Shown piece after piece: positions 1-12,190 of a stretch of 34,906 nucleotides of DNA. The stretch comes from Salisapilia sapeloensis CBS 127946 (Eukaryota; Protista; Oomycota), in the NCBI GenBank assembly GCA_023334545.1, contig JAADVB010000205.1:1-34906 (forward strand), in the 5' to 3' direction. Below the pieces are notes generated by a model. It ran no database searches, was not told the DNA's origin, and saw only the letters and a program-made list of their open reading frames with translations. Both the position numbers and the translations under genes were made by a program. Within the stretch, counting starts at the first letter, position 1; each line of letters begins with the position of its first letter.

Positions 1-6
1 GAAGGA

Positions 7-22
7 TCATTTTCGAATTTGC
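7..22 (+). promoter_or_regulatory. Oomycete-type core promoter, Inr + FPR (TCATTTT-CG-AATTTGC)
   Basis: Exact match to the known oomycete consensus YCAYTYY-NN-MWTTTNC, ending 39 nt upstream of the ATG at 62. Confidence 0.6.
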
Positions 23-61
23 TACGAGCACCACAAGAAACCCAAACCAACTTACCTGAAG

Positions 62-544
62 ATGAGCAACACCAACGACAACTCGACCCAACCATCCATG
101 GCGGAACGTGCCAAGGTTGCTGTGAACGACATGAAGGAATCTGTCATGGGCGGAAACAACAATGCCCACAGCAACAACATGGAGCCTACTGCCGAGGAGC
201 GTGCCAAGGTCAAGCTTGACGACAAGAAGCGCGAGGTGACTGGTGAGAGCCACAATCCGATGAAGCCCACGTTGACGGAACGCGCCAAGGTCACTGCTGA
301 AGACGCCAAGAGCGAAGTGGCTCCGAACATGCGCAACCCTTATGCTCCGACGGCTACCGAAAAGATGAAGGTCAAGGGCCAAGACAAGAAGGATGAGTTA
401 ACGCAAGGCAACAACCAGGACAGCTCTCTCCTCGGCACGATCGGCCAGAAGGCGACGGAGATGAAGGATTGGGCAATGGGTACGAACCAGACGACGTCGA
501 CGTCGACACAGCAAGAGGAACGTCCGGTGGAGCACGCCAAGTAG
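62..544 (+). CDS. LEA-like/hydrophilin repeat protein, 160 aa
   Basis: Intronless ORF that is very hydrophilic, has no Cys and no signal peptide. It carries 4 copies of P(T/S)xxE(R/K)xKVxxxDxKxxV/L, with copies 2-4 spaced exactly 27 aa apart. The LEA label rests on composition only. Confidence 0.7.
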   Translation: MSNTNDNSTQPSMAERAKVAVNDMKESVMGGNNNAHSNNMEPTAEERAKVKLDDKKREVTGESHNPMKPTLTERAKVTAEDAKSEVAPNMRNPYAPTATEKMKVKGQDKKDELTQGNNQDSSLLGTIGQKATEMKDWAMGTNQTTSTSTQQEERPVEHAK

Positions 545-723
545 GCGCCTCGATGAGAACTGTCGACCCATTTTCTTTATTTACTTATCTTTGACCGGCA
601 GTAAGTGCGGCATTGCTGTGATTACAAAGTATTCAATACAGAACGCTTAGCACACTTGATTTGTCTACCAGTATCATATGCATTCCATTCACAGTCATCC
701 TATCGATCGACATGGCTGTAAGC

Positions 724-1838
724 TTATTCGACAGTCAATGGTGTAGGCCTCTCCGTCGAGGTAGGTGGAGCTGCTGGTGGAGCAGACGCTGCCTCCGCTT
801 CTCTACCAGGCGTATCCGGAAGGTCTGCCGTCCCATTTGACGATGTGTCATCTTCCACGTCTCCACGCTTCGCCCACACGCTCTGAACCTATTCCCACGA
901 TTAATATTTGTGCCTGGGTGTACGAGATGGTATCGTACCGTCACGCCAGTAGCAAATTCGGCGACGCAGGGTAGACGCGAGATATGGCTTTCCAATAGCT
1001 TTGGCACCGATTCCTCCAACGACTATAGACACTTTGATTACATGTGTACGGAAGAGATAGTGCAGTTATCATACCATGGAAGGATACTTTTGCGTTGCAA
1101 TCATACCAAGAGCATCTAGGAATCGAGCGTAGTTGATTCGTCGCTCTCCTTTTTTCTTGCATTTGACAAAGATCAAGTCGACGTCAGTCGTGGAAAAGCG
1201 TTTGCCGAGTAGACCGGGAGATTCTCGACAGAATTTACTAAAGTTCGAGTTGTCTAGGACATGTTAGTGGGTCGGAAGATGGTAGAAGAAGAGAATCTTG
1301 TACCAAGTGTCTTTTCACTCGTGCCTTTGGCTCCTGTACGGCCGAAGCGACAGTAGTATTGGAAGACAGCTTTAAGCAGTGTATGTGGATCATTCGGATC
1401 ACCACTAGGCTTGGTCGATTCTGCAGTCGTCGCTCTCTCCTCTGTCTAGAGCCAGTGTTAGCTGCCAGGTTGTACTGATCGTAGGCTGACTCATACCTGG
1501 TCAACCGTTTTCCCAGTCAAGTTGTTAGCACTTGGCTGCTGCTTAATCGATCTGGACGCGAATGAGTATTCGACCGTCTACCTATTTGTTGTTGATATAT
1601 ACCGTTGGCGAGGTGTTTTAGTCTTTCGGTCCACGCTGTATTTAAGATTCGTTCGAGTGGTGTCGGACAGGTTATGCACGACGTTGTCACTCAAGTCGTT
1701 TGGGTCATCCTCGAAGCGTTTCTTGTAGACACCAGTGTACGAGCTCTTGTCATATAATCTCGCATAGACATTACGAGAGCTGCTCGAGGTAGACTTGTCG
1801 GAGCTTTCGGATCGAGTGCTAGAAGGTGGTCGTTCCAT
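724..1838 (-). CDS. p25alpha/TPPP-like microtubule-binding protein, 286 aa from ATG 1838 (324 aa if the upstream micro-exon 2040-2020 is used)
   Basis: Not visible as a single ORF. Exons 1838-1603, 1551-1497, 1445-1304, 1253-1075, 1022-939 and 888-724 are joined by GT-AG introns of 51, 51, 50, 52 and 50 nt, all phases consistent. Spliced product contains LKAVFQYYCRFG...LDNSNFSKFCRE...FSTTDVDLIFVKCKKKGERRINYARFLDAL (p25alpha core) and NVYARLYDKSSYTGVYKKRF (partial p25alpha motif). Confidence 0.85.
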
Positions 1839-2259
1839 TGTTGGTGTGTTAGCGTCCTTTTGCACGGAAATGGATTGCAGTCCACTTGTGACGATGCGTA
1901 GATCAGCTAAAATATCACGTGTGCGTCGAGGCTAGAAATGCATAAAAATAGCTCCTCGTAATGAGGGAGTATGTTATGTAAGATGGGAGGTGGAGATTGC
2001 GTAATAGATATCATCGTACCGTTGCGTCTTGATTAAACATGTATGTGGAAGAAGTAGAGAAGGAGAAGTAGAGGGAAAGAAGGAGGAAGGAAGTGGCTTA
2101 ATGGACGTGTTCGTACCGACTTGAGGTACCACAAATGACTTGGTTTCACTATGATGTTGAAGTTGGCGGGGGTACGTGTTTGATCTGAGTACAGGTGTCC
2201 AGAAATAGCACGACAAGAGCTAAAGCTTGGGCTTTCATTTCTTAAACTTGTGATTTAGA

Positions 2260-3999
2260 ATGAGCCGTAATTTGATGTCCAATTCGTCCAGGGAAGGCAG
2301 TAGTGATGGTAACCCGACCAGTGGCTCCTTTACGATTCAACCTCCTCGAGGTAGTATGGTTGCCACACGCAGTGTGCCTCGCAGTCCATCGAAACTGGAG
2401 AATCCGTTTTTCCAGGAGAAGATGGCCACGCTCATGCAACAAGGCGATACGTTTGCAAAGAAACTAGATCATGAAACACGTCGAGGAGAACAATTGGACA
2501 TGACGCTCGCACAGCTTCGTCAGCAGCATCTTGCAACCAAGACCGCGCTCTGCAACACAACAAACTCTCAACGTGGTGTCGTCTCAAGCGACGCGAGGAA
2601 CTTGAACGTTCTTGAAAACCGACTTGAGAAAGTCTTGACACGCTTTAATCAAGTCGTACGTAGCTTTCTTGTTACTTCAATGAGCAATGGAAACTAACTT
2701 GCATGTCTTCAGTGCAATGGAAACAAGCAATTGCGTGAACAGATTCAGTCTCTTCGACGGGAAAAGGTTCAGCATCAACAAATCCATGCAAAGCTTGATC
2801 GAGAGACTCATCAAATCCAGTCCGAGTTGACCAAAATCGCGGCCGCCACGCAAGCTGCAGTTGAAGCTCGAGAGCGAGCGACAAGGCAAATGGAAATGGT
2901 GCGCACTCAGCAGCAGGATGACACAGAGGAATTTGATGTCAATTTATATTCCCAACGTCTTAAGCTGGAGCACGATCGAGCAGGGATTCGTGAGATGCCA
3001 AGGTCACGGACACCCAAGTCGACCAGGCCGTATGGTCGTGTGGCCAATCCTCTCAGCAGGCTTGGGTCATGCACGACACCTGGTGGATCGAGTAAATGGC
3101 AACCTCCGAGCGGATTTAAGCTCTTGTCGACGCCTGACGTGAAGCTTCGTGATGAAACGATGAAGAACGTGTGGCTCGTTAATGAAAAGGAGACGGACTT
3201 GAAGCGTCAGAGCGAGCGGCTACGGGCTGTTGAAGAAGGATTGGCGAAAATCAAGAGCGAGACAGGAGTGAGTGACACTGCTCAACTGACGAAAGAGCTG
3301 TTGGAAGCGGAAGAAAAGAACTTTTCGTTGTTTAACATGATCAGTGCATTGAATGCCGAAATGGAGGCTTTGGAAGTCGAGAATAAGTCACTAGAACAAT
3401 TGATTGAAGAGTGCAGAGGTGTAGGAAAAACGTCACAGGAAGAAGAGAAGGTAGTAAATGATGGCTTTGCAAAGGGCGATGTGAAGGCCCAGATGGAGGG
3501 TCAGATCGAAAAGTCGAAGCAAAAAGTAGCGAGCTTTGAGCAGCGTCAGGAAGAGTGTTCGGAAGCAATGGATGCATTGAAGAATGGAGTGCTGAGCATC
3601 TACCACAAGCTCGGCCCACACGCTGATGATGCCTACTCGCAGCAATTAAATTCCCACACTATCACGGATGTCGAAATTACCAACTTGTTGGGCACAGTAG
3701 AACAGCGGATTACTGAGCTCGTAGATATGCACAACATTGCCACAAATGCGCCAGCAAGTCCACTACGAATTCGTGACAGCGCCGAGCTGTCACCAACTCA
3801 TAACGTTCGAGTGAATGCGAAGAGGTCAGCGACATTCGGTGTCGGCATGCGTCCGGTGCTTCCAAGCTCGGACGAATTGCTGGATTCAGACGGAGAAGAC
3901 CAGGAGGAAATCCGACCATACAAAATGACTGAAATCCAAGAGAAGACCGTCGCAGCAGTGAATCGACGTCGTGAAAAGCATGCTCGAGGCAAACGTTGA
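2260..3999 (+). CDS. ODAD1: Outer dynein arm docking complex subunit (ODAD1/CCDC114/CCDC63, Chlamydomonas ODA1/DC2 family), 560 aa
   Basis: Exons 2260-2655 and 2713-3999, with a 57-nt GT-AG intron that contains an in-frame TAA. Long coiled coil with family motifs LENRLEKVLTRFNQ..NKQLREQIQSLRREK and LLEAEEKNFSLFNMISALNAEME. Confidence 0.8.
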
Positions 4000-4118
4000 T
4001 CGCAACCTTTCAAGATCTACTTGAAGTGCATGTCTCTTTATATTCATCCTATTTGTTCGTGTTTTTTCTTCCTATTAAATCGGACCGACTGCACAAACAA
4101 AATATTTTCGTGGCGAAG

Positions 4119-5282
4119 ATGGTCGATGGCAAAGCTGTTGGTGTGTGTGGTGCGACGGGAGCTGTTGGACTCGAGACCATTGCTCTCCTGTCTTCTCGTA
4201 ACTTCCCTATCTCCAAGATAGTCCTCTTTGCATCATCTCGATCGGCCGGTAAAACGATCAGCACTGGCTTTGGTGAGCTCACTCTCGAAGAGTTTTCACT
4301 CGAGAAAGCAAAGGATCTAGACTACGTTTTCCTCGCTGTTTCGGGCGACTTCTCATTGCAATATGCTCGTGACTTGGCTGCCATCCCGAACGGCCCGATT
4401 GTCATTGATAACTCGTCTGCCTTCCGCTACGACGCAGCGACGCCGCTCGTCGTACCAGAGATCAATGGCAGTGTCCTCTTGGATGAAGAGACTGGCAAAC
4501 CTTCCGAGTCGAAGCGTTTGATTGCCAACCCGAATTGTACGACTGCCATTGCTGTCATGGCGCTCTGGCCACTCCACTGCGAATTCGGTCTGAAACGCGT
4601 CATCGTCTCGACGTACCAGTCTGCTAGTGGCGGCGGTCAAAAGGCCATGGACGAACTGCGTGAAGGTGCCAAGGCCAACCTCGAAGGCCGACCAGTGGAG
4701 CACAAGTGGTTTGCCCACCCATTGCCGTTCAATTTGATTCCTCAGATCGATAAATTCCAACCGAACGGATACACCAAGGAAGAGATGAAGGTGACGTGGG
4801 AGACGCAAAAGATCTTTGACGAGCCGTCCTTGGCTGTTACATGTACGGCCGTGCGCGTGCCTATCATGCGTGCACACTCGGAAGCGATTACCTTGGAGAC
4901 GGAGTTGCCAGTGGACGTAGACCGCGTCCGATCGATCCTGAAGGAAGCGGACGGCGTCGACTTGGTTGATGATCCGGACAAACTGCAGTACCCGATGCCG
5001 CTGACGGCGACGGAGAAGAACAATGTCGAGGTCGGTCGCATCCGTCCGAATCCGTCGTTTGGCAAATACGGTCTCGACCTCTTTGTGGCCGGTGACCAGT
5101 TGCTGCGTGGGGCTGCTCTGAACACGGTGCTGATCGCCGAGTTCCTCGAGAATCCGAGGGCTACATCGCAGTACAAGAAGAAGACGACGTGGTTGAAGCG
5201 AGAGCATAAGGAGAAGCTGGCGCTTGTGGCTGGTATCAGCGCTGCTTTCGGACTCGCCTTTGCAGTCGCTCGAAAGAACTAA
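4119..5282 (+). CDS. asd: Aspartate-semialdehyde dehydrogenase (bacterial/plant-like type) with C-terminal hydrophobic tail, 387 aa
   Basis: First real ATG is at 4119 (MVDGKAVGVCGATGAVG, Rossmann motif). Motifs IDNSSAFR, VVPEIN, catalytic IANPNCTT, STYQSASG, NLIPQID, RVPIMRAHSE, RIR and GDQLLRGAALN are present. Intronless. Confidence 0.95.
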   Translation: MVDGKAVGVCGATGAVGLETIALLSSRNFPISKIVLFASSRSAGKTISTGFGELTLEEFSLEKAKDLDYVFLAVSGDFSLQYARDLAAIPNGPIVIDNSSAFRYDAATPLVVPEINGSVLLDEETGKPSESKRLIANPNCTTAIAVMALWPLHCEFGLKRVIVSTYQSASGGGQKAMDELREGAKANLEGRPVEHKWFAHPLPFNLIPQIDKFQPNGYTKEEMKVTWETQKIFDEPSLAVTCTAVRVPIMRAHSEAITLETELPVDVDRVRSILKEADGVDLVDDPDKLQYPMPLTATEKNNVEVGRIRPNPSFGKYGLDLFVAGDQLLRGAALNTVLIAEFLENPRATSQYKKKTTWLKREHKEKLALVAGISAAFGLAFAVARKN

Positions 5283-5311
5283 GCAATACACTTTTTCTTT
5301 TTAATAGAAAT

Positions 5312-6416
5312 CTATTTTGTTTCTGTCGAGTGGATGGAGGAGCCAGAGATGTGGAAACCTGTGGGTGGTGTCCGAACGAGCGTCCGACCTGCTGTCTGGA
5401 GGGTACGTGGTAACGGTCGAGCACGAATCGGCATGTGGACTTCGCTACGAATGGATTGATACGGAAGGCTGCTTGTTGTCTCTTGATTTGTAGACGGGGC
5501 TGCTTGCTGTCGTTTTCTATTGGAATGGTGAAGATGGAGCTGGATGTAGTTGGTAGGTGATGTACCTGTATTTGTGGGCAAGATGGGACTGCATCATCCT
5601 GCGCTGGCCATGGATGATGTCCTTCTTGTCCAGTGTCGCTATAAGATAGATTGAGTACATAGTGCAAGTGGTTGAGAAGGAGTACAGTACTTAGACGAGA
5701 AGACGAGAATGTAATGAGCTTCTCGCGGTATTTGGTTTCTTGTGTGACTGGATTGCCGGTCAGGTCGAGATCAACGAGGTGCTGGAGCTTACCGACTAGG
5801 GCAAATGCTTCCTCTAGACCGGATATTTGGTTATGAGATAGATCGAGCTGTTGCAGGTTGACGAGCCTCAAGAGAGACTCGATGGTGTGAATGCCACACT
5901 TGGACAGTCGCAGCACACGCAAGGACCGCTGCACATTAACTATGAGTACACCTCTAGTGTGATCATGAGCGGGTAGGAAGAGCTTACACTTATAATGTCT
6001 ATGGAATTGATGTCGAATCGAAAGGTAGTACTGGGTGGGATCTGCTGATGACTCATGTGGAGCTCTTCGAGCATATAATTGTTCTCCAGTCCTTCCAGTG
6101 TCGATATACAATTGTCATCGAGATAAAGCTTTTGGAGTCGACAGAGATTGTCTAGACCTTGTATCTTCTCTACCTTGTTGTTCTGTAGATGCAAGTGGGT
6201 TACATGCGGCACTTGTTCCAAGTTCTCCATGCCCGTCAAGGCGTTGTCATACAAGTACACGACTTGGACATTTGGACATGCTGTCAAGTCAGGTATCTTT
6301 CGTAGCTGTTTTCGATGCAAGTTCAAATGCGTCAATCTCTTAAGATACTTGCCAGTCGATTCATGCTTTCCTTTCGAACAAGTTGTCCCAGTCGTCAACA
6401 ACGTAGCAAGGTCCAT
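5312..6416 (-). CDS. PPP1R42: Leucine-rich repeat protein, PPP1R42/LRRC67-like, 314 aa
   Basis: Exons 6416-5988, 5928-5691, 5638-5566 and 5516-5312, with GT-AG introns of 59, 52 and 49 nt and consistent phases. SDS22-type LRRs (VVYLYDNAL, HLHLQNNKV, KLYLDDNCI), an ELHMSHQQIP..F.FD segment typical of PPP1R42, and an LRR cap (GNPVTQETKYREKLI...LDKKDI). Confidence 0.8.
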
Positions 6417-6677
6417 GGTTCAAACTCCCCGAAATAGCTCCTCCCGTCTCTTCAATGTAGCTTCAACATAAATTTCTGAAGCATCATTTCCGCCAATCAC
6501 GTCTTTCAAAACGGTTGGCGCTAAGCCCGTCCCTCTCCCGGTAAATTACGTCCGAACCACTAGCATGTCTCCATTTAGTCGATAGCAAGACGAAATAAAT
6601 TGCCTGACGTGGCAATAGAATACGAAATTTGAAACAAGAAAAAAGAGAATTTCCAAACAGAATAAAAAAGAGAAAGA

Positions 6678-8582
<1,905 letters not shown>

Positions 8583-10054
8583 GTTGACGGGCGAGAAGAC
8601 CGGATGAAGCTTGTGGGGGATGCAGTCATCCCTATTTTTTCATTTTCATTTTTTTCTTGCTACGGTCGACCGGAAGAAGGAGCTTCCTTGGATGTAAAAG
8701 TAAAAGTACGCGGAGTGCGGAGTCGGGCTGAAGAGAACCGTCTGTCCGGTAGAGGAGGAGTGACGAGTGGGATGGATGGAGGAAACGTTGTGAGGAGCCT
8801 AACCTTGCTTCGAACCATTTTGCTGTTGTATTTTAGGACGCTAGTTCTTCAAACAAGCTTCATTTGGTTAGTAGAGATCGATATGATCCTTATTTGTTGC
8901 TCTTGTTGCTCCTGTCTAGTATGTATGTATGTGGTATGTTTATAGATATCTCAATGGAGGATAATCGACAGAGTAGGAGTCTATAGGAAGCAGGAAGGAT
9001 ATTTGGATAGGTAATAGATAGAAAAGTAAAAGTTGGATTTATTAGTTATATCTTTTACATATACTTTAGTTAGTCATGTTCCTTGATCTTCAGAAGTCTG
9101 GACTGTATGTAGATGGTATTGGAGTGTGAGGAGGATACTGTCGCTTGGTTGCTACGCTAGTAGGTTCTTTGGTATTTGAGGACGACAGCCTAGGCTGCTT
9201 GGTTCGAGGTTACCACACATCATGCAAGGTGCGAGTTTATCTCAGAACCTTTGGCTCAGGCGCTTGACGCGTGTATATCTTTTTTATAGCAAGCAGTTCA
9301 ATTATAATTGTTTAGTAGAGGCTGGCGATCGAACAATTGGGCGCGGACGTTGGCTGATATGAGCGCTCTCTTGGACTCGAGGCTCGAAGCGACGATGCAT
9401 TGCAGTAACAGTCTCGTTATCAACAATTGTTTGCGCCAGTTGTACCATTGTTTGTCTCGGATATATCGCAAGTAGTCGTGATATCACATAGAAAGCTTGA
9501 ACACGAGGTATATGTCGATTCGAGTTTAAAATCTCTCTACAAATACTCGACTTTATAACCAAGTGATCGAGTTGAAGGATCTGCTATTGAACTGAAGGCG
9601 GATGCTAAGCATGAGTATCCGTCTCTTTCCTGTAAAACAGGCTGGAAGATAGCGACAGCTTTGGATCCTTTCAAGTCGGTAGTAACTGGTTAGCAACGAG
9701 AGTATTAGATCAGTGATCGATTACCGAAACCTACCGAGGCTCCGGATGACCAAGTGTAGTTAATTTGTACTATCTTTAGTTCAAGATGCCCTCGCTTTGC
9801 AAGGAGCCTTGTCTGTTTTGAACGCTTCTCATATGTACAGGTACTCTGCGCATGCATGACGTCGCTGTCACTGTATCTTTCAGCTAGGTAGAGACACGAC
9901 GATAGCGTATGGCGATCGACAATCGTGGATTCTGGCCATCCACATGAGATCTTTTCCTATCTTGGGAGATAAGAGATAAAAATAGCTCGAGTCTTGGATT
10001 CTGTCAGTTGTCAACTTTCCTCTAAAGCATCAACTACCCACAACCAAATTAACC

Positions 10055-11053
10055 ATGAAGACGCAACGCATTATGGTCGAGAAACACTCCACGGACTTCC
10101 GTGAAGCTACGCGAATTGTCGACGCGGAGCTCCCGGAACCGACCAAGGACACGGTCATCGTCCGCAACACGTACGCTGGAATCAACGCCACGGACATCAA
10201 CCATATCAATGGTGTCTACATGTCCCAGCTGCCGAACCCGTGCGGTTTTGATGGCATCGGTGTCGTCGAAGCCGTTGGACCGGATGTGAAGACCATCAAG
10301 GTTGGCGACGCTGTTGCCTACGTCGGCAATGGCGCGTTTGCCTACCACACGGAAATTCCGGAGTCTACTGCTGTTAAGGTAGACAAGGCTACGTCTGAGA
10401 TGGTGCCGCTATTCGCTTGCGGAACCTGTGCTTCCATGGCTTTGGAGTATGGTGGTGAGATGAAGTCGGGCGAAACGGTCCTTGTTACGGCTGCCGCTGG
10501 TGGCACCGGTCAGATCGCCGTCCAGCTCGCCAAATTGGCTGGTAACCACGTCATTGGTACCTGCAGTTCCGCTGAAAAGGTGGAGCTCCTCAAGTCTCTT
10601 GGCTGCGACCGCGTCATCAACTACAAGGAAGAGAATGTCGGTGAAGTGCTTAAGAAGGAGTACCCGAACGGCTTGAACCTCGTCTTCGAGTCCGTCGGTG
10701 GCGAACAGTTCAGAGCCGCGGCTGAGAATATTGCCATCCGTGGACGTATCATCCTCTTCGGTATCGTGAGCAGCTACAAGGATGCTTTCACATCCCAGGG
10801 CATGATGATCAACGAATTGGCCCCACTTCTGCTCTTCCGATCGGCCCACGTGCGTGGGTTCCTCGGAACGCACTACTGGGAGCACATCGGCGAGCACACG
10901 AGCCGCTTGGTCAAGTTGGCCGAAGAAGGCAAGCTCAAGCCGGGTCTCGACTCTGCCAAGTTCGAAGGACTGGAGCAGGTTGCCGACGCTCTGGACTACA
11001 TGTACGCCCACAAGAACAAGGGAAAGCTTGTCGTGAAGATGAGCGACCCATAG
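10055..11053 (+). CDS. PTGR3: Zinc-independent MDR-family oxidoreductase, prostaglandin reductase-3/ZADH2-like, 332 aa
   Basis: Intronless. YAGINATDIN, GFDGIGVV, VLVTAAAGGTGQ (NADPH binding), GTCSS, GCDRVINY, YPNGLNLVFESVGG and KNKGKLVV. Confidence 0.85.
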   Translation: MKTQRIMVEKHSTDFREATRIVDAELPEPTKDTVIVRNTYAGINATDINHINGVYMSQLPNPCGFDGIGVVEAVGPDVKTIKVGDAVAYVGNGAFAYHTEIPESTAVKVDKATSEMVPLFACGTCASMALEYGGEMKSGETVLVTAAAGGTGQIAVQLAKLAGNHVIGTCSSAEKVELLKSLGCDRVINYKEENVGEVLKKEYPNGLNLVFESVGGEQFRAAAENIAIRGRIILFGIVSSYKDAFTSQGMMINELAPLLLFRSAHVRGFLGTHYWEHIGEHTSRLVKLAEEGKLKPGLDSAKFEGLEQVADALDYMYAHKNKGKLVVKMSDP

Positions 11054-12190
11054 ACTCATAAACAAATGTACCTTTCGTGATGAAATAATCAATAGCTTTT
11101 CGATTGTTTCATGAGTATTCAGCGAGCATAAAGCAAGTCATATTAAATTCATTGACGGGAAAGTGCCGAGCATGTGTTAAGCCGAAGAGGCACTCGTGGT
11201 CAGAGCGAGTAGAAGAGACGAAATGATCACTTTGTCAGCTGTGACCTTGGCGCTATCAAGCGGAGGGAAGTCAGTATAGAGCAACCTTATTACTTGGACC
11301 ACGAAGCTCCACTTGCAACTTGCCCACATGACTTGGATTGACAAAAATTATACCTATCGTGGACACTCCATGTGCCCAAGTTTCAGCTTAAATTACGTGC
11401 TTTAACAAAGATATCTTTTATATGTTTATAGTATGCATTCTCTAGATGGCGCTGGCATTTTGACTGGCCATGCAGATACAGATTTCTTATGCTTGTTTTA
11501 ATACACGGTATCCTTGCTTTGCAACGAATTATATTTGTGACAATCCTCCATTTTCCGGTGTTGGGCATCTACGACCTTTGACCACCAAAATTTGTATCAT
11601 CTATTTACACATATATTAATAACTAATAAGCGACAAACGAAGCATATAGAGTTGTATACAGATGTGTGCTAAATAGGTGAGCATGGAGTAAAGATAAATT
11701 ACAACAAAACAAAACATGAATTCAGCTTTTTTGATCTCGTGACGAGATTATGGCAATCAAACTCTACTATGATCTGGCTTGTAGAAACGATATGCTGTGT
11801 CACTACGCAACAAGTATCGTATCAAATTTTTATCTCTTCTCTTTACTACTGTATGCTACATCCGCCAAGTTCGAACTGTTTTCTTACAAGGTGGAAACCT
11901 TCCGAGAAGAAAGTCTCTTTGCTATTTAATACCGGGAGATACCGAGATATGCATACTCCAGCACCACTCAAAAGACCAAATACAACTCTTCATACTCATC
12001 CAAGAGCAATGAACACAAGTACACCTCACATTAACACATCCACGTCTTAAAATGAAAGCTTTTGATTTGATTACTTTTGAAACGAACGTACTCGTATAGA
12101 CAAAGTGGACTAACACGACGTGCATGAGGCTCGAGTAAGCCGCACGTGTGCGAGTTCATGAAGCAAAGCAAAAACAGACGTCAGGATAAA

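Noticed and set aside
50-58. ACTTACCTG, identical to the 5' end of U1 snRNA
   Set aside because: The downstream sequence is the LEA-like CDS (ATG at 62). I saw no U1 stem-loops or Sm site.
3996-4118. 41-codon N-terminal extension of asd in the ORF track
   Set aside because: It starts at TTG overlapping the upstream stop and is T-rich UTR-like sequence. Eukaryotic initiation fits ATG 4119, where homology begins.
4353-5291. 312-aa antisense ORF to asd
   Set aside because: Shadow frame produced by codon bias of the sense gene; no motifs.
5236-6111. 291-aa ORF appearing to overlap the 3' end of asd
   Set aside because: It is one LRR exon read through flanking introns and out-of-frame sequence. 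The spliced model ends at 5312 with no CDS overlap.
9748-9765. CAAGTGTAGT resembling the U2 snRNA branch-recognition region
   Set aside because: Flanks do not match U2 (no ATCGCTTCTCGGCC 5' end, and GTAGT is followed by TAAT rather than ATCTG).
11077-11083. GTGATGA box C-like motif (snoRNA)
   Set aside because: No CTGA box D or terminal stem at a suitable distance; it lies in the probable 3' UTR.
10409-11092. 227-aa antisense ORF to the PTGR3-like gene
   Set aside because: Shadow ORF of a codon-biased gene; no recognisable domain.
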